Shown one piece after another: positions 27,838-39,406 of a stretch of 64,000 nt of DNA. A program made the position numbers and the translations under genes. Under the pieces are notes generated by a model, which was not told the origin of the DNA, did not search any database, and saw only the letters and a list, made by a program, of their open reading frames with translations. Numbering within the stretch: position 1 is the stretch's first letter; each line of letters opens with the position of its first letter. Location of the stretch: positions 224,001 through 288,000 of the forward strand of contig CAXXDN010000001.1 in assembly GCA_963667465.2 (NCBI GenBank). Reading direction: 5' to 3'. The DNA comes from Dehalococcoidia bacterium. Its GTDB lineage: Bacteria; Chloroflexota; Dehalococcoidia; UBA2979.

Positions 27838-29202
27838 TCAGAGCCGCTGCAGCGCCGCAGCGGGCAGCCTCGGGCGCGTCGCGAAGACGAAGCAGAGCGA
27901 GCCGAGTCCCGCGACCACTCCCAGCGCGAGGAAGGCCGGCGTGTACGTCCCTTGCGCGTCGTAGATGATGCCGGCGAACAGCGGCCCGATCATCATCCCG
28001 GTCATTACGATCAGCGAGGAGAAGCCCTGGATCTGCCCGTAGGAGCCGGGCCCGAAGTAGTCCGCGCGCAGCGCCGACGTGAGCGGCCCGCGCGCGCCCC
28101 AGCCCACGCCCTGGATCGCGACGGCGACCGTCACCAGCCAGAACGAGGGGCTCCACGCCAGCAGCAGCATCGCCGTCATGTGCCCGAACATCGCCGAGAC
28201 GATGATGATGCGCTTGTTCATGCGGTCGCCAAAGACGCCGCCGATCATCATCCCCACCACCAGCATCGCCGTCAGCAGCGCGATCAGCCGCGCCGCTGCC
28301 GCCGAGGACACGCCGAACTCGTCGGTCACGTAAACAAAGAGGTGCACCGAGATGGCGCCGACCGTCAGCAGGCCCGCGGCGTGCCCGAGCGAGAGCAGCC
28401 AGAACGCGCGCGTCCGCATCGCCTCGCGCACGGTGAAGCTCATCTCGGGCATGGCGGCCGCGGCGGCTGCTGCCGCAGGCGGGAGGCCGTCCGCGATCCG
28501 CCCGTAGTCGCTCGGGCGGGTCCGCACGAGACTCGCGAGCGGCAGGCCAAGGGCCAGCACGATGACGCCGGAGGCCACTGCGGTGGTGCGCCAACCCCAG
28601 AGCTCGAACGACCAGACCACCGCAGGCGCCAGCAGACCGCCGGCCGCGACGCCCGTCGACATCACGCCCAGCGCAAGCGCGCGCCGCTGCCGGAACCAGT
28701 TCACCACTGCCACCGAAACACTCAGCATCGAGGAGAGGCTGGTGCCGATCGCGATGAACGCGAACACGACGTAGAACGCCAGCAACGAACCGATGAGACT
28801 GAACGCGAACATCGCCCCGGCGAAGATGACCACGCCGATCACCATGATCACCCGCGGCCCGTAGCGATCGACGGCCCAGCCGTGGATCGGGCCGAGGAAT
28901 CCCGTCTCCACGCGCTGCAGCGCGAACGCAAGTGAGAGCTCCGTGCGGCTCCAGCCGAACTCGTCCTCCAGCACCTTCACGTAGGCCCCAAAGGCGTGGA
29001 ACAGCAACCCGCCGCCCATCACCATCAGGCCCCAGCCGGCGAAGACGATCCACCAGCCGTAGAAGATGCGCTCGCGCACCGCGCGAGGCGGCCCGGGCGG
29101 GGGCGCGGCGGGGCCGTCCCCCGACGCGCCGTTCCCCCCGGCGTCCGCTACGTCGACGACCTTCGCCACCCGTGAAGACCCCTCGCGCTGCCGCGGTTGC
29201 AT
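27838..29202 (-). CDS. MFS transporter (OFA/MCT-like)
   Basis: FYGWWIV, FGWSRTELS, DRYGPR, NWFRQRRALALG, ADYFG. Confidence 0.9.
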   Translation of the reverse strand: MQPRQREGSSRVAKVVDVADAGGNGASGDGPAAPPPGPPRAVRERIFYGWWIVFAGWGLMVMGGGLLFHAFGAYVKVLEDEFGWSRTELSLAFALQRVETGFLGPIHGWAVDRYGPRVIMVIGVVIFAGAMFAFSLIGSLLAFYVVFAFIAIGTSLSSMLSVSVAVVNWFRQRRALALGVMSTGVAAGGLLAPAVVWSFELWGWRTTAVASGVIVLALGLPLASLVRTRPSDYGRIADGLPPAAAAAAAAMPEMSFTVREAMRTRAFWLLSLGHAAGLLTVGAISVHLFVYVTDEFGVSSAAAARLIALLTAMLVVGMMIGGVFGDRMNKRIIIVSAMFGHMTAMLLLAWSPSFWLVTVAVAIQGVGWGARGPLTSALRADYFGPGSYGQIQGFSSLIVMTGMMIGPLFAGIIYDAQGTYTPAFLALGVVAGLGSLCFVFATRPRLPAAALQRL

Positions 29203-29273
29203 GGCTCCGCTGCACTGGTGCGGCCCCGCCATCATAGGCGCGAGCCCGCTACACACCCGGCGCCGCGCTCCGG

Positions 29274-29687
29274 CTACCGCGCCTCCGCCCCGCCCTCGAT
29301 TGCGTCGAGCCGCCTCAGCAGCAGGGACGCGCCGACCACCTGCGCGCCCAGCGCCTCGACCTCGCGGCGCAGCGCGGCATCCGAGGTCACGACCGTCAGC
29401 GACGCAGGCTCCGCGTCATCCGCCACCAGCTCCGCGATGCGCTCGTCGGCGGCGTTCCTGCCGCTGCGCCGCGCGTAGAGCACGCGCAGCGGTTCGCCCT
29501 CGGGCTGCTCCGGCGGGCCGGAGCGGCCGGGCCGCCCGTCGAAGACCACCGTCAGTTCGTCGCCACTCGCCCCGGACAGCGCCTCGAGGCGTCGCGCGAG
29601 CCGTCGCATGGCAGCCTTGCGGTCGCGCCACCAGCCGTCCGGCCGCGAGCCGATGACGTTCATGCCGTCGACGATCAGCCGCCCCAC
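29274..29687 (-). CDS. NYN/YacP-like PIN-domain protein
   Basis: LIVDGMNVIGSRPDGWWRDR, VVFDG, ADERI, VVTSD; GGAGG RBS. Confidence 0.8.
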   Translation of the reverse strand: MGRLIVDGMNVIGSRPDGWWRDRKAAMRRLARRLEALSGASGDELTVVFDGRPGRSGPPEQPEGEPLRVLYARRSGRNAADERIAELVADDAEPASLTVVTSDAALRREVEALGAQVVGASLLLRRLDAIEGGAEAR

Positions 29688-29787
29688 GGATCTCCTCCGG
29701 CCGCCCATCCCACGCCGCCATCCTCGCACGTCGCCACGGGCAGCCGCGGCGCGCGATCGTGAGCATGGCAGCGGCTACCCTCGGGCC

Positions 29788-30999
29788 GTGACCACGACGC
29801 CCGGCCCTCCCGGCGAGCCCATCGACCCGACGATCGCGACGGCCGCCCGCGCGGCCGAGCCGCCGCCGTTGTTCACGCGCGGCCTGCTGCTGCTCTGCAC
29901 CGCCGCCTTCTTCCAGATGTTCAGCTTCCAGATGCTGCTCCCGGTGATGCCGCTCTACCTGCTCGACATCGGCGGCAGCGAGGGGCAGGTGGGGCTGATC
30001 CTCGGTGTCACCGCAGGGACGGCTCTGCTCTTCCGCCCGCTCACCGGCTGGGTCGCAGACCGCTACGGGCGCAAACCGCTGCTGGTTGCCGGGAACGCCG
30101 ACTTCGCGCTCTCGCTCGCGCTCTACCCGTTCGCGCGCTCGGTCGCGCCGCTGCTCGGCGTGCGCTCGCTGCAAGGCGCCGGACTCTCCGCCGTCAGCAC
30201 TGCCGGCAGCACGATGGTCGCCGACCTCGCGCCCCCGCTGCGCCGCGCCGAGGCGATGGGTGTCTACGGCGTCGCCGTCAACGTCTCGAGCGCGATCGGG
30301 CCGCTGCTTGGCGCGACGATCGCGATCGGGGCTGGCTTCAACCGGGCCTTCCTCGTCGCCGGGGTATTCGCGGTGATCGGTCTCATCCTCACCTCGCGAC
30401 TGCCGGAGCCGCCGCGCCCCGCGGCTCCCGAGGGCGGTACGCGCTTCACGCTGATCAGCAGCGACGCGCTCTTCCCGGCCTCGATCGCGCTCTGCCTCTT
30501 CCCGCCGATCGGCGTCGTGCTCTCCTACGTCGCCGTCTTCGCGGACGCCGAGGGGCTGGGCAACCCCGGTCTCTTCTTCCTCCCCTACTCGCTGACGCTG
30601 ATCGTGGTGCGCGTGCTCGCCGGACGACTCTCCGACCGCTACGGGCGTCTGACCGTACTGCTGCCGGCGATCCTGGCGTTCGTCGCCGCGCTGGTCGTAA
30701 TCGCCTCGGCGAACCACGTGCTCGTGCTGCTGCTCGGGGGGCTGCTGCTCGGCATCGGCTTCGGCATCGCGCACCCGACGATCCTCGCGATGGCGGTCGA
30801 TCGCGCGCCGCCGGGCCGCCAGGGCGCCTCGATGAGCACGCTGATCGGCGCCTTCGACCTCGGCATTGGCGGCGGCTCCGCGCTCGCCGGGCTGGCCGTC
30901 GCCTTCGCGGGTCTGCGCGGCGTCTTCGTGCTCGCGGCGATCGCGCCGCTGATCGCCGCCGTGCTGCTAGGCGTGGCGCTGCGCCGCAGGAGCCGCTGA
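29788..30999 (+). CDS. MFS transporter
   Basis: About 12 TM helices; GWVADRYGRK and GRLSDRYGR motif A. Confidence 0.9.
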   Translation: MTTTPGPPGEPIDPTIATAARAAEPPPLFTRGLLLLCTAAFFQMFSFQMLLPVMPLYLLDIGGSEGQVGLILGVTAGTALLFRPLTGWVADRYGRKPLLVAGNADFALSLALYPFARSVAPLLGVRSLQGAGLSAVSTAGSTMVADLAPPLRRAEAMGVYGVAVNVSSAIGPLLGATIAIGAGFNRAFLVAGVFAVIGLILTSRLPEPPRPAAPEGGTRFTLISSDALFPASIALCLFPPIGVVLSYVAVFADAEGLGNPGLFFLPYSLTLIVVRVLAGRLSDRYGRLTVLLPAILAFVAALVVIASANHVLVLLLGGLLLGIGFGIAHPTILAMAVDRAPPGRQGASMSTLIGAFDLGIGGGSALAGLAVAFAGLRGVFVLAAIAPLIAAVLLGVALRRRSR

Positions 31000-31017
31000 C
31001 GCCTCGGACGCCCACGC

Positions 31018-32073
31018 TCAGGCCGCCGGGGCGACCTCCGCGCAGGTCGGGATCTGCTGCAATGCGGCGACGATCTCGCGCACCTGCGCCTCCTCGTCCG
31101 GGTTACGCGGCTCCACCTCGAGGTTCACGGCCGTCGCGAGCCCGGTGTACTTCTCCCGCATCTCGGCGGCGATCTCGTCCCATGTGCCGATCGCGCAGAA
31201 CTCCTCCAGCATCTCGTCGCTCACGCGGCTCGGCAGCACGTCCCAGCGGCCCTCGATCGAGAGCCGGCGCAGCTCGGCAGCCGTCTCCTCCAGACCGTGC
31301 AGCGCGAGAATGCCCGCGTACGCGCCCGTCGAGGAGTAGAAGGCGACGCGGCGGCGGGCGACCTCGCGGGACTCCGCCAGCTCCTCCTCGTTGCGACCGG
31401 TCACGATGAAGCCGCCGGAGCGCACCATCAGCTCGCCGGGGTCTCGCCCGGCCGCACGCGCGCCCTCGAAGACGCGAGGCAGCACAACCTCGCGCTGGTG
31501 GCGGAAGCTGCTCAGGGGGTGGATGGCGATGCCGTCGCAGAGCTCGCCCGCGAGGCGCGAGTTGTAGGGGTTCACGGCGGAGATCACGATCGGGACGTCG
31601 GGGTGCTCGATCGAACCGGGGTCGAAGTCCGGGTTCGTCAGGGTGTAGCGGTAGTATTCGCCCTCGAAGTCGGGGCGGGCGCCGGTCTGCCAGCAGTGCC
31701 AGATGGCGCGGATGCAGCGGATGTAGTCGCGCAGCCGCGGGCCGGGCGGTCCCCACGGCACGGAGAAGCGGCGCTCGTTGTGCCCCTTCACCTGCGTACC
31801 CAGCCCGAGCACGAAGCGCCCTCCCGAGTAGCGCGCGAGGTCCCAGGCCATGTTCGCCGTGATGTACGGCGCGCGCGGGAACGCGATCGCCACCGAGGTC
31901 GTGAAGCGCACCCGTTCCGTGTGCTCCGTCACCAGCGTGAGCGGCAGGAATGGGTCGTGCTTCGACTCGGTCGTGGCGATCAGGTCATAGCCTCGAGCCT
32001 CGAGGGCGCGCGCCTTCGCGGGTACGTCGCGCAGATCCACGTTGCGCAGCGCGTGCCAGACGATCATGCCCAT
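31018..32073 (-). CDS. LLM class F420-dependent oxidoreductase (TIGR03617-like)
   Basis: HDPFLPL, AIAFPRAP, GRFVLGLGTQVKGHNERRF. Confidence 0.88.
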   Translation of the reverse strand: MGMIVWHALRNVDLRDVPAKARALEARGYDLIATTESKHDPFLPLTLVTEHTERVRFTTSVAIAFPRAPYITANMAWDLARYSGGRFVLGLGTQVKGHNERRFSVPWGPPGPRLRDYIRCIRAIWHCWQTGARPDFEGEYYRYTLTNPDFDPGSIEHPDVPIVISAVNPYNSRLAGELCDGIAIHPLSSFRHQREVVLPRVFEGARAAGRDPGELMVRSGGFIVTGRNEEELAESREVARRRVAFYSSTGAYAGILALHGLEETAAELRRLSIEGRWDVLPSRVSDEMLEEFCAIGTWDEIAAEMREKYTGLATAVNLEVEPRNPDEEAQVREIVAALQQIPTCAEVAPAA

Positions 32074-32146
32074 CGGATCACCGCCATCCTCGAATCAGCC
32101 CGTTGCGCGCGGATTGTAGCGCCGGGGCGATGAGCCGGACGCGGTC

Positions 32147-33268
32147 CTAGTCGACGCCCTCGATGGAGTCGGCGTAGGAGAACGGGCCGATCGGCCCGTG
32201 GTCGATCGCCAGCTTCGGGAGCACGTGCCCGGCCAGCAGCTCCAGCTGGTGCAGCAGGTTCCCCACCTGGTCGAGGTCGCCGTAGCGGTAGGCGCCGGGA
32301 CGGATCGCGATGTGATCGACGCCTACGTCGTTCCAGGCGCGGATCGTCCGCACGAGGTCGTCGACGTGGACGACCGGATAGGTCGCCCTGTAGCTGCGCT
32401 CGCCCTCCTTGACCAGCCCCCGGCCCACCTCGGCCACGTCCTCGTCGCGGCGATCGCTGATCTGGCACTGGATCGTGAGCGCGACGTAGGGCTTGCCGGT
32501 GCGGCCGTAGCGATCCCAGTACTTCTGGATCTCTCGCAGATCGCGCTCCAGCCGCTGCGTGCCGGTCAGCTCCTCCGCGTCCCAGGGGAAGATGGGCTTG
32601 CCATCGTAGATCGAAGGCTGCTCCCCGATCGGGCCGTAGCGGACCGCGGGCTCGTTGAGCGGACTGGTGCTCCCCGGCAGGTAGCCCTGGCAGTACTCCC
32701 CGATGCGCCGGAACGGTCGCGGCCCGCGGCCCCCGTAGATGATCGGCGGGTGCGGCTCCTGCGAGGGCCGCACCATGATCGTCATCTCATCGAAGTTCAC
32801 GTACGTGCCGTGGAAGCTCGCGACACGGTTCTTCCAGAGCGCGATCATGCACTTGAGGTACTCGTCGGTCATCGCCGTGCGCTCGTCGAACGGCTGGCCG
32901 AGGGCAGCGGAGGCCTCGACGATATGTCCGGAGCCGGAGCCGATCAGCAGGCGGCCGTCCGTGAAGTGATCGATGCTCGCGATCACCTGAGCTTGCTGGA
33001 TCGGCGGGCGCCAGGGGATGACCACGATCGCCTGGCTGAAGTAGGGGTGATAGTCGATCGCGTTGCAGACTCCGGCGAAGTAGGCCGAGGCGGTCCACAC
33101 GTCCGTGGTTCCGGTGCCATAGCCCACGGCCTGCGTGGGCGTGAGGATGATGTGGTCGACGAGCCAGATCGACTGCAGGCGCAGCTCTTTGGCCATCGTC
33201 AGCACGCGGAACGCCGGCTCGCCCCGGAACCAGCGCGCGTACTGCGGAATCGCGAGGCCGATCTTCAT
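32147..33268 (-). CDS. LLM class flavin-dependent oxidoreductase
   Basis: MKIGLAIP, SIWLVDHII, DHFTDGRLLIGSGSG, PSQEPHPPIIYGG. Confidence 0.82.
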   Translation of the reverse strand: MKIGLAIPQYARWFRGEPAFRVLTMAKELRLQSIWLVDHIILTPTQAVGYGTGTTDVWTASAYFAGVCNAIDYHPYFSQAIVVIPWRPPIQQAQVIASIDHFTDGRLLIGSGSGHIVEASAALGQPFDERTAMTDEYLKCMIALWKNRVASFHGTYVNFDEMTIMVRPSQEPHPPIIYGGRGPRPFRRIGEYCQGYLPGSTSPLNEPAVRYGPIGEQPSIYDGKPIFPWDAEELTGTQRLERDLREIQKYWDRYGRTGKPYVALTIQCQISDRRDEDVAEVGRGLVKEGERSYRATYPVVHVDDLVRTIRAWNDVGVDHIAIRPGAYRYGDLDQVGNLLHQLELLAGHVLPKLAIDHGPIGPFSYADSIEGVD

Positions 33269-33437
33269 CGTGTCGCCTCCTTGCCCGGCTGCGCTCGCCG
33301 GAGCGGTCGCCGCCGCAGGGTAGCGAACAGGGAGCCCGCGAGTCGCTGCCGAGGGCCCTCGATCGCCATCGCCGCCTCGCGCGATTGACGGTCGCGGGCG
33401 TGGGGGCTTCAATGATTCACGGGCAGCCCCCGTCACA

Positions 33438-33512
33438 GCCGGTGTAGCTCAGAGGCAGAGCAGCTGTTTCGTAAACAGCAGGTCGAGGGTTCGAATCCCC
33501 CCGCCGGCTCCA
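33438..33512 (+). tRNA. tRNA-Thr(CGT)
   Basis: Acceptor GCCGGTG/CGCCGGC, anticodon arm GCTGT-TT-CGT-AA-ACAGC, GTTCGAATC, CCA; TTGACG upstream at 33385. Confidence 0.95.
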
Positions 33513-33560
33513 GCTCCCACCCCCTGCGAAGCCCACCCGACCGCCTGACCTTCGCGCGCG

Positions 33561-34832
33561 CTACGCCTCGAGGGCGCCGCGACGCCGCTCCGCGCCCTGC
33601 GCCACGCCGAGCAGTAGTAGCGCCACCGCCACGCCGACGGCGGCCAGCACGACGAACGTCTCGCCGGTTCCCCAGCGCTCGCTGACGAAACCGGTGACGC
33701 TGCTCGCCAGCGAGCCGACACCGAAGACGAGCAGGAACCACACCCCGAACGAGCGCCCCACCATGCCCGGAGGCGCGTAGTCCGCGATCAGCCCGTTCAT
33801 GATCGGTTGCTGCGCCCAGCTGCAGATCGCGAACCCGGTCGCCGCCAGCAGCAGCCCCAGGCCGCCCGCGCCGCCCAGCGCGAAGAGGAAGAGCGGCGTC
33901 GCCAGCGCGTAGGGCAGGATCGCGCGTTCGAGCGGGAATCGATCGCTCAGCCAGCCGCCGGTGACGAGCCCGATCACCGCCAGCAGCAGCGCCAGCGAGG
34001 CCGTTGCCCCCGCGATCGCCTCCGCGTTCCAGCCGAAGAGGGAGCTGCCGAGCTCGCGCTCGAAGTGCACCGCGAGGAACGTCAGCGAGCCTCGGTAGAT
34101 GAAGCCCACGCCGACCGCCGCGGCGTAGAGCACGAGCAGCGGCCGCGTGAACCAGCCGCCGGGCGGGGGCGGCGTTGTGCGGCGGCGGGCGGGCGGCGTC
34201 GCCTGCGCGGCGCGGCCCGACTCGGCCGCGGCCAGCTTCGCCGTCTCGTAGTCCGGCGAGATCTGCCAGATCACGACCGCGACGCCGGCGGCCAGCGCGG
34301 CGAAGGCCACGTAGGCCACGCGCCAGTCGGTCGCGATCGCGATGCCGATCGCCACGCCCGGCGCGAAGGCGATGCCGACGATGCCGGCCACGCCGTGCGT
34401 GGCGAGCGCGACTCCCCGGCGGCTCGCCACGGTCGCGACCATCGAGATGCCGGCCGGGTGGTAGAGCCCGATGCCCGCGCCGAGCAGCGTGAGCGAGGCC
34501 GCGAGCAGCCAGAGGTTCGGCGAGAGCGCGACGATCAGCGCGAACGCCGCCGCACTGCCCAGCGAGAGCGTCATCACCGCCCGCGGCCCGTAGCGATCGA
34601 CGAGCCAGCCCGAGGGGAGCGCGAAGATGCCGAAGGTCAGCGTGCCGGCGTTGCCGACGGCCCCGAGCATCGCGAGGTCCGCCCCGAACTCGAAGCCGAT
34701 CCGCACCAGCAGCGCGGCGTAGACCAGCTCGAGCGCGTGCGTCCCCGCGTGCGCCAGCGAGGTCGACACGATCACGCGCCGCTCGAGACTGGCCCGTTCC
34801 TCCGACCCCAGTGCGCCGGCCATCGCCGTCAT
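33561..34832 (-). CDS. MFS transporter (Fsr-like)
   Basis: GWLVDRYGPR, GLYHPAG, GGWLSDRF; about 12 TM helices. Confidence 0.88.
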   Translation of the reverse strand: MTAMAGALGSEERASLERRVIVSTSLAHAGTHALELVYAALLVRIGFEFGADLAMLGAVGNAGTLTFGIFALPSGWLVDRYGPRAVMTLSLGSAAAFALIVALSPNLWLLAASLTLLGAGIGLYHPAGISMVATVASRRGVALATHGVAGIVGIAFAPGVAIGIAIATDWRVAYVAFAALAAGVAVVIWQISPDYETAKLAAAESGRAAQATPPARRRTTPPPPGGWFTRPLLVLYAAAVGVGFIYRGSLTFLAVHFERELGSSLFGWNAEAIAGATASLALLLAVIGLVTGGWLSDRFPLERAILPYALATPLFLFALGGAGGLGLLLAATGFAICSWAQQPIMNGLIADYAPPGMVGRSFGVWFLLVFGVGSLASSVTGFVSERWGTGETFVVLAAVGVAVALLLLGVAQGAERRRGALEA

Positions 34833-34989
34833 CGGTGCCGCCGTCTCCCGCGCCGGGGAGCATATCCGCCGGGCCCGCTCAGCCGCGAGGTTGCGCCCGG
34901 CCCGATCCTGCGGCGAGGATCACCGCCAGGCCACGCTCACGCCTCGTGGCCTCCGACACCGCAGCCTCCGGAGGGAGAGCCGCCACGCC

Positions 34990-35727
34990 ATGAGCAAGCT
35001 CCGCGACCGCATCCGCCGCACCTTCCAGCGCCGCCCCGGCCCGCTCGGCTTCGCGCCGCGCAGCCGCCAGGCCGACGAGCACCGCTATGTGATCGTGATC
35101 GCCGAGGTCGACGGCCTCGATGCCGCCTCGGCCGCTGCCGAAGCAGGCGCCGACGCGCTGCTGCATGCGGGCGGACGCGACGGCATCGAGGCCGTCGTCG
35201 AGGCCGCGGGCGACCGGCCAGTGGGCGCACGCCTCGAGGCTGCGACCGCGGGCGACGCCGACACGCTGATCGAGGCGGGCGTGGACTTCCTCCTCTTCGA
35301 CGACGCGCGGACCGAGGCAGCCGCGCTGCTGCGCGACGAGCTCGGCCACGTCGCGCTGCTCAGCGACGCTGACGCCTCCGAGGAGGACTTGCGCCTGCTC
35401 CAGCCGCTCGACCTCGATGCGCTGCTGATTCCCGGTAGCGCCGGCGCGCTCAGCGTGCGCGATCAGCTCCGGACGCGCCGCATCGCCGAGCTGACGCGCA
35501 AGCCGCTGATCGTCCCGGTCGCCGCCGCGGTCTCCACCGCGGAGCTGCGCATCTGGCGCGACGCCGGGGCGCCGGTCGCCCTTGCCGCGGGCGGCGCGGC
35601 GGACCTCGAGGCGATCGTCGCAGCGGCGCGCGAGGTGCCGGCGCCGCGCGAGCGCCGCGAGGAGCGCCCGGACCCGCTGCTGCCCACGTCCGCCGCTCCC
35701 GCCGACGACTTCGACGAGGATGACTAG
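34990..35727 (+). CDS. Hypothetical protein, possible aldolase-like TIM barrel
   Basis: PGPLGF N-terminus, AGADALL, AGVDFLLF beta/alpha repeats; fold inferred. Confidence 0.6.
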   Translation: MSKLRDRIRRTFQRRPGPLGFAPRSRQADEHRYVIVIAEVDGLDAASAAAEAGADALLHAGGRDGIEAVVEAAGDRPVGARLEAATAGDADTLIEAGVDFLLFDDARTEAAALLRDELGHVALLSDADASEEDLRLLQPLDLDALLIPGSAGALSVRDQLRTRRIAELTRKPLIVPVAAAVSTAELRIWRDAGAPVALAAGGAADLEAIVAAAREVPAPRERREERPDPLLPTSAAPADDFDEDD

Positions 35728-35798
35728 CGCGGCCGCCCCCCGGACCACCTCTCTCCCGAGAGAACGGGGCGCGGCCGGGGATAGGATAGAATCCGTAA

Positions 35799-37991
<2,193 letters not shown>

Positions 37992-38087
37992 GCGCCAGCG
38001 AGGGCGCTCATCGCGCTTATCGGGGGGGCTCGCGCCGCCGGCGTCCGGTGACACCGCGCGCGAGCCGCCCGCGCGGGCGGCTCGCGC

Positions 38088-38549
38088 CTACTGGGTGTCG
38101 GCGATCGCCTTGACCGCGTCGAAGGCGCCGTCGGGGTGGGCTTCCATGTCGCCCTGGTCGTCGATCACCGTGCGCAGCACGCCCTCGGCGTCGAAGACGA
38201 AGGTGGCGCGCAGCGCCGTCGGGCCCTGATCGCGCCCGACACCGAAGGTCTCGATCGTGCGGTTCGAGGGCCAGTCCGAGAGCAGCGGGAACTCGGCGCC
38301 GATCTCGCGGGCGAACGCGCCCTGCGTCGCCCATGTGTCGGAACTGACGCCCACCACGTGGGCGTTCATGGCCTTCAGCTCGCGGTAGCGCCGCTGAAAG
38401 CCCTCCAGCTCGCGCGTTCAGCCGCCGGTGAAGGACATCGGGTAGAACGCGATGACCGCGATCGCCCCTCGCAGCTGTTCGTCGGTGAACTTCTCGCGCT
38501 CGGGGTCGCGCAGCGAGAACTCGGGCATCGAATCGCCTGGCTGCAGCAT
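38088..38549 (-). CDS. Selenocysteine-containing peroxiredoxin (BCP/AhpE-like)
   Basis: GGAGG RBS, ATG at 38549, MLQPGDSMPEFSLRD..AFYPMSFTGG-U(TGA, 38418-20)-TRELEGF..VVGVSSD..FPLLSDW..RATFVFD. The UGA falls exactly at the peroxidatic Cys of PxxxTxxC. Confidence 0.88.
38388..38415 (-). promoter_or_regulatory. Candidate bacterial SECIS hairpin
   Basis: Immediately 3' of the UGA: GCGC-GA-GCTGGAG-GGC-TTTCAGC-G-GCGC stem-loop with a G-rich apical loop. Confidence 0.6.
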
Positions 38550-38600
38550 GGTTCCTCCAGTGCCCCCGGTACCGCCGCCCCGGGCGCGGGGTGCGACGGG

Positions 38601-38906
38601 CTAGTGCGAATCCTCGTCGTGGTCGTCGCCGGCCATCTCGCCCTCGGACAGCGCCCCGTGGGAGAGCTGATAGTCCCAGTGCAGGCCGCGCTGACGGCGG
38701 TAGAGGTAGCCGATGGCGGCCAGCACCATCATCGCGGCGAGCGCGAGGCCGACCAGCAGCAGCGCCGTCGCCATGTCTGCGGGCGGGTCGAGCGCGGGAT
38801 CGGGATGGTCCGCCGCGGCCATCGAGGGCAGCAGCGCCGCCAGCACGCCCGCGGCGATCCCGCCCGCCACGCCGCAACTTCGTCGCGTCAGCCGTCGCAC
38901 GCCCAC
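38601..38906 (-). CDS. Small hypothetical membrane protein
   Basis: Signal-like N-terminus, one TM helix, His/Asp-rich tail; directly upstream of the peroxiredoxin. Confidence 0.55.
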   Translation of the reverse strand: MGVRRLTRRSCGVAGGIAAGVLAALLPSMAAADHPDPALDPPADMATALLLVGLALAAMMVLAAIGYLYRRQRGLHWDYQLSHGALSEGEMAGDDHDEDSH

Positions 38907-39040
38907 CTCCGACTCAACCTCCGGCCGGACCGCGCTGGCGGGTCCGGCGCACGTCGCCGCTCGCCCGGCAGTCTACCACCGGCAGCCGTTGCGTCAGCGG
39001 CGCGGCGGGCCACGTTGGGTGCGTCCTCGATTGCCGCTGA

Positions 39041-39274
39041 CCGCTGGAGACGCTCCCCACCCAGGACATCACAGTGGGGCTGTTCCACAGGGCAACCCGG
39101 ATCAAGGCGAGGTTCGGCGTCTCCTGCCGGGACGCCGCTATCCTCGCGGCGGCGAAGCTGCTGGGCTGCGCGGCCGTCTACTCGGAGGACCTCAGCCATG
39201 AGCAGGATTATGACGGGGTCTTGGTGATCAACCCCTTCGTGGAGGGACGGCGGGCAGAGGAACCACCCACCTGA
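39041..39274 (+). pseudogene. PIN-domain toxin, C-terminal remnant
   Basis: RFGVSCRDAAILAAAKLLGCAAVYSEDLSHEQDYDGVLVINPF is a typical VapC C-terminus. In-frame TGA at 39038-40; no N-terminal D motif and no antitoxin. Confidence 0.75.
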
Positions 39275-39406
39275 TCAGCCCGAACACACCCGCAGGGCGG
39301 GGGCGCCCTGCGCTCAGACACCTCCCGCTGCGCAGCCGAATCGGGAACCGTCCACGGCTCGCAGACGTAGTATCTGTAAGCGGAGAGCGCCACGAAGCGA
39401 GGGCCG

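Noticed and set aside
33438-33560. Integrative element at tRNA-Thr(CGT)
   Set aside because: No integrase nearby and no duplicated tRNA 3' end seen in the window.
39038-39040. TGA before the PIN fragment as a second selenocysteine
   Set aside because: Not a Cys position in PIN domains, and the upstream frame does not resemble a PIN N-terminus; treated as a pseudogene.
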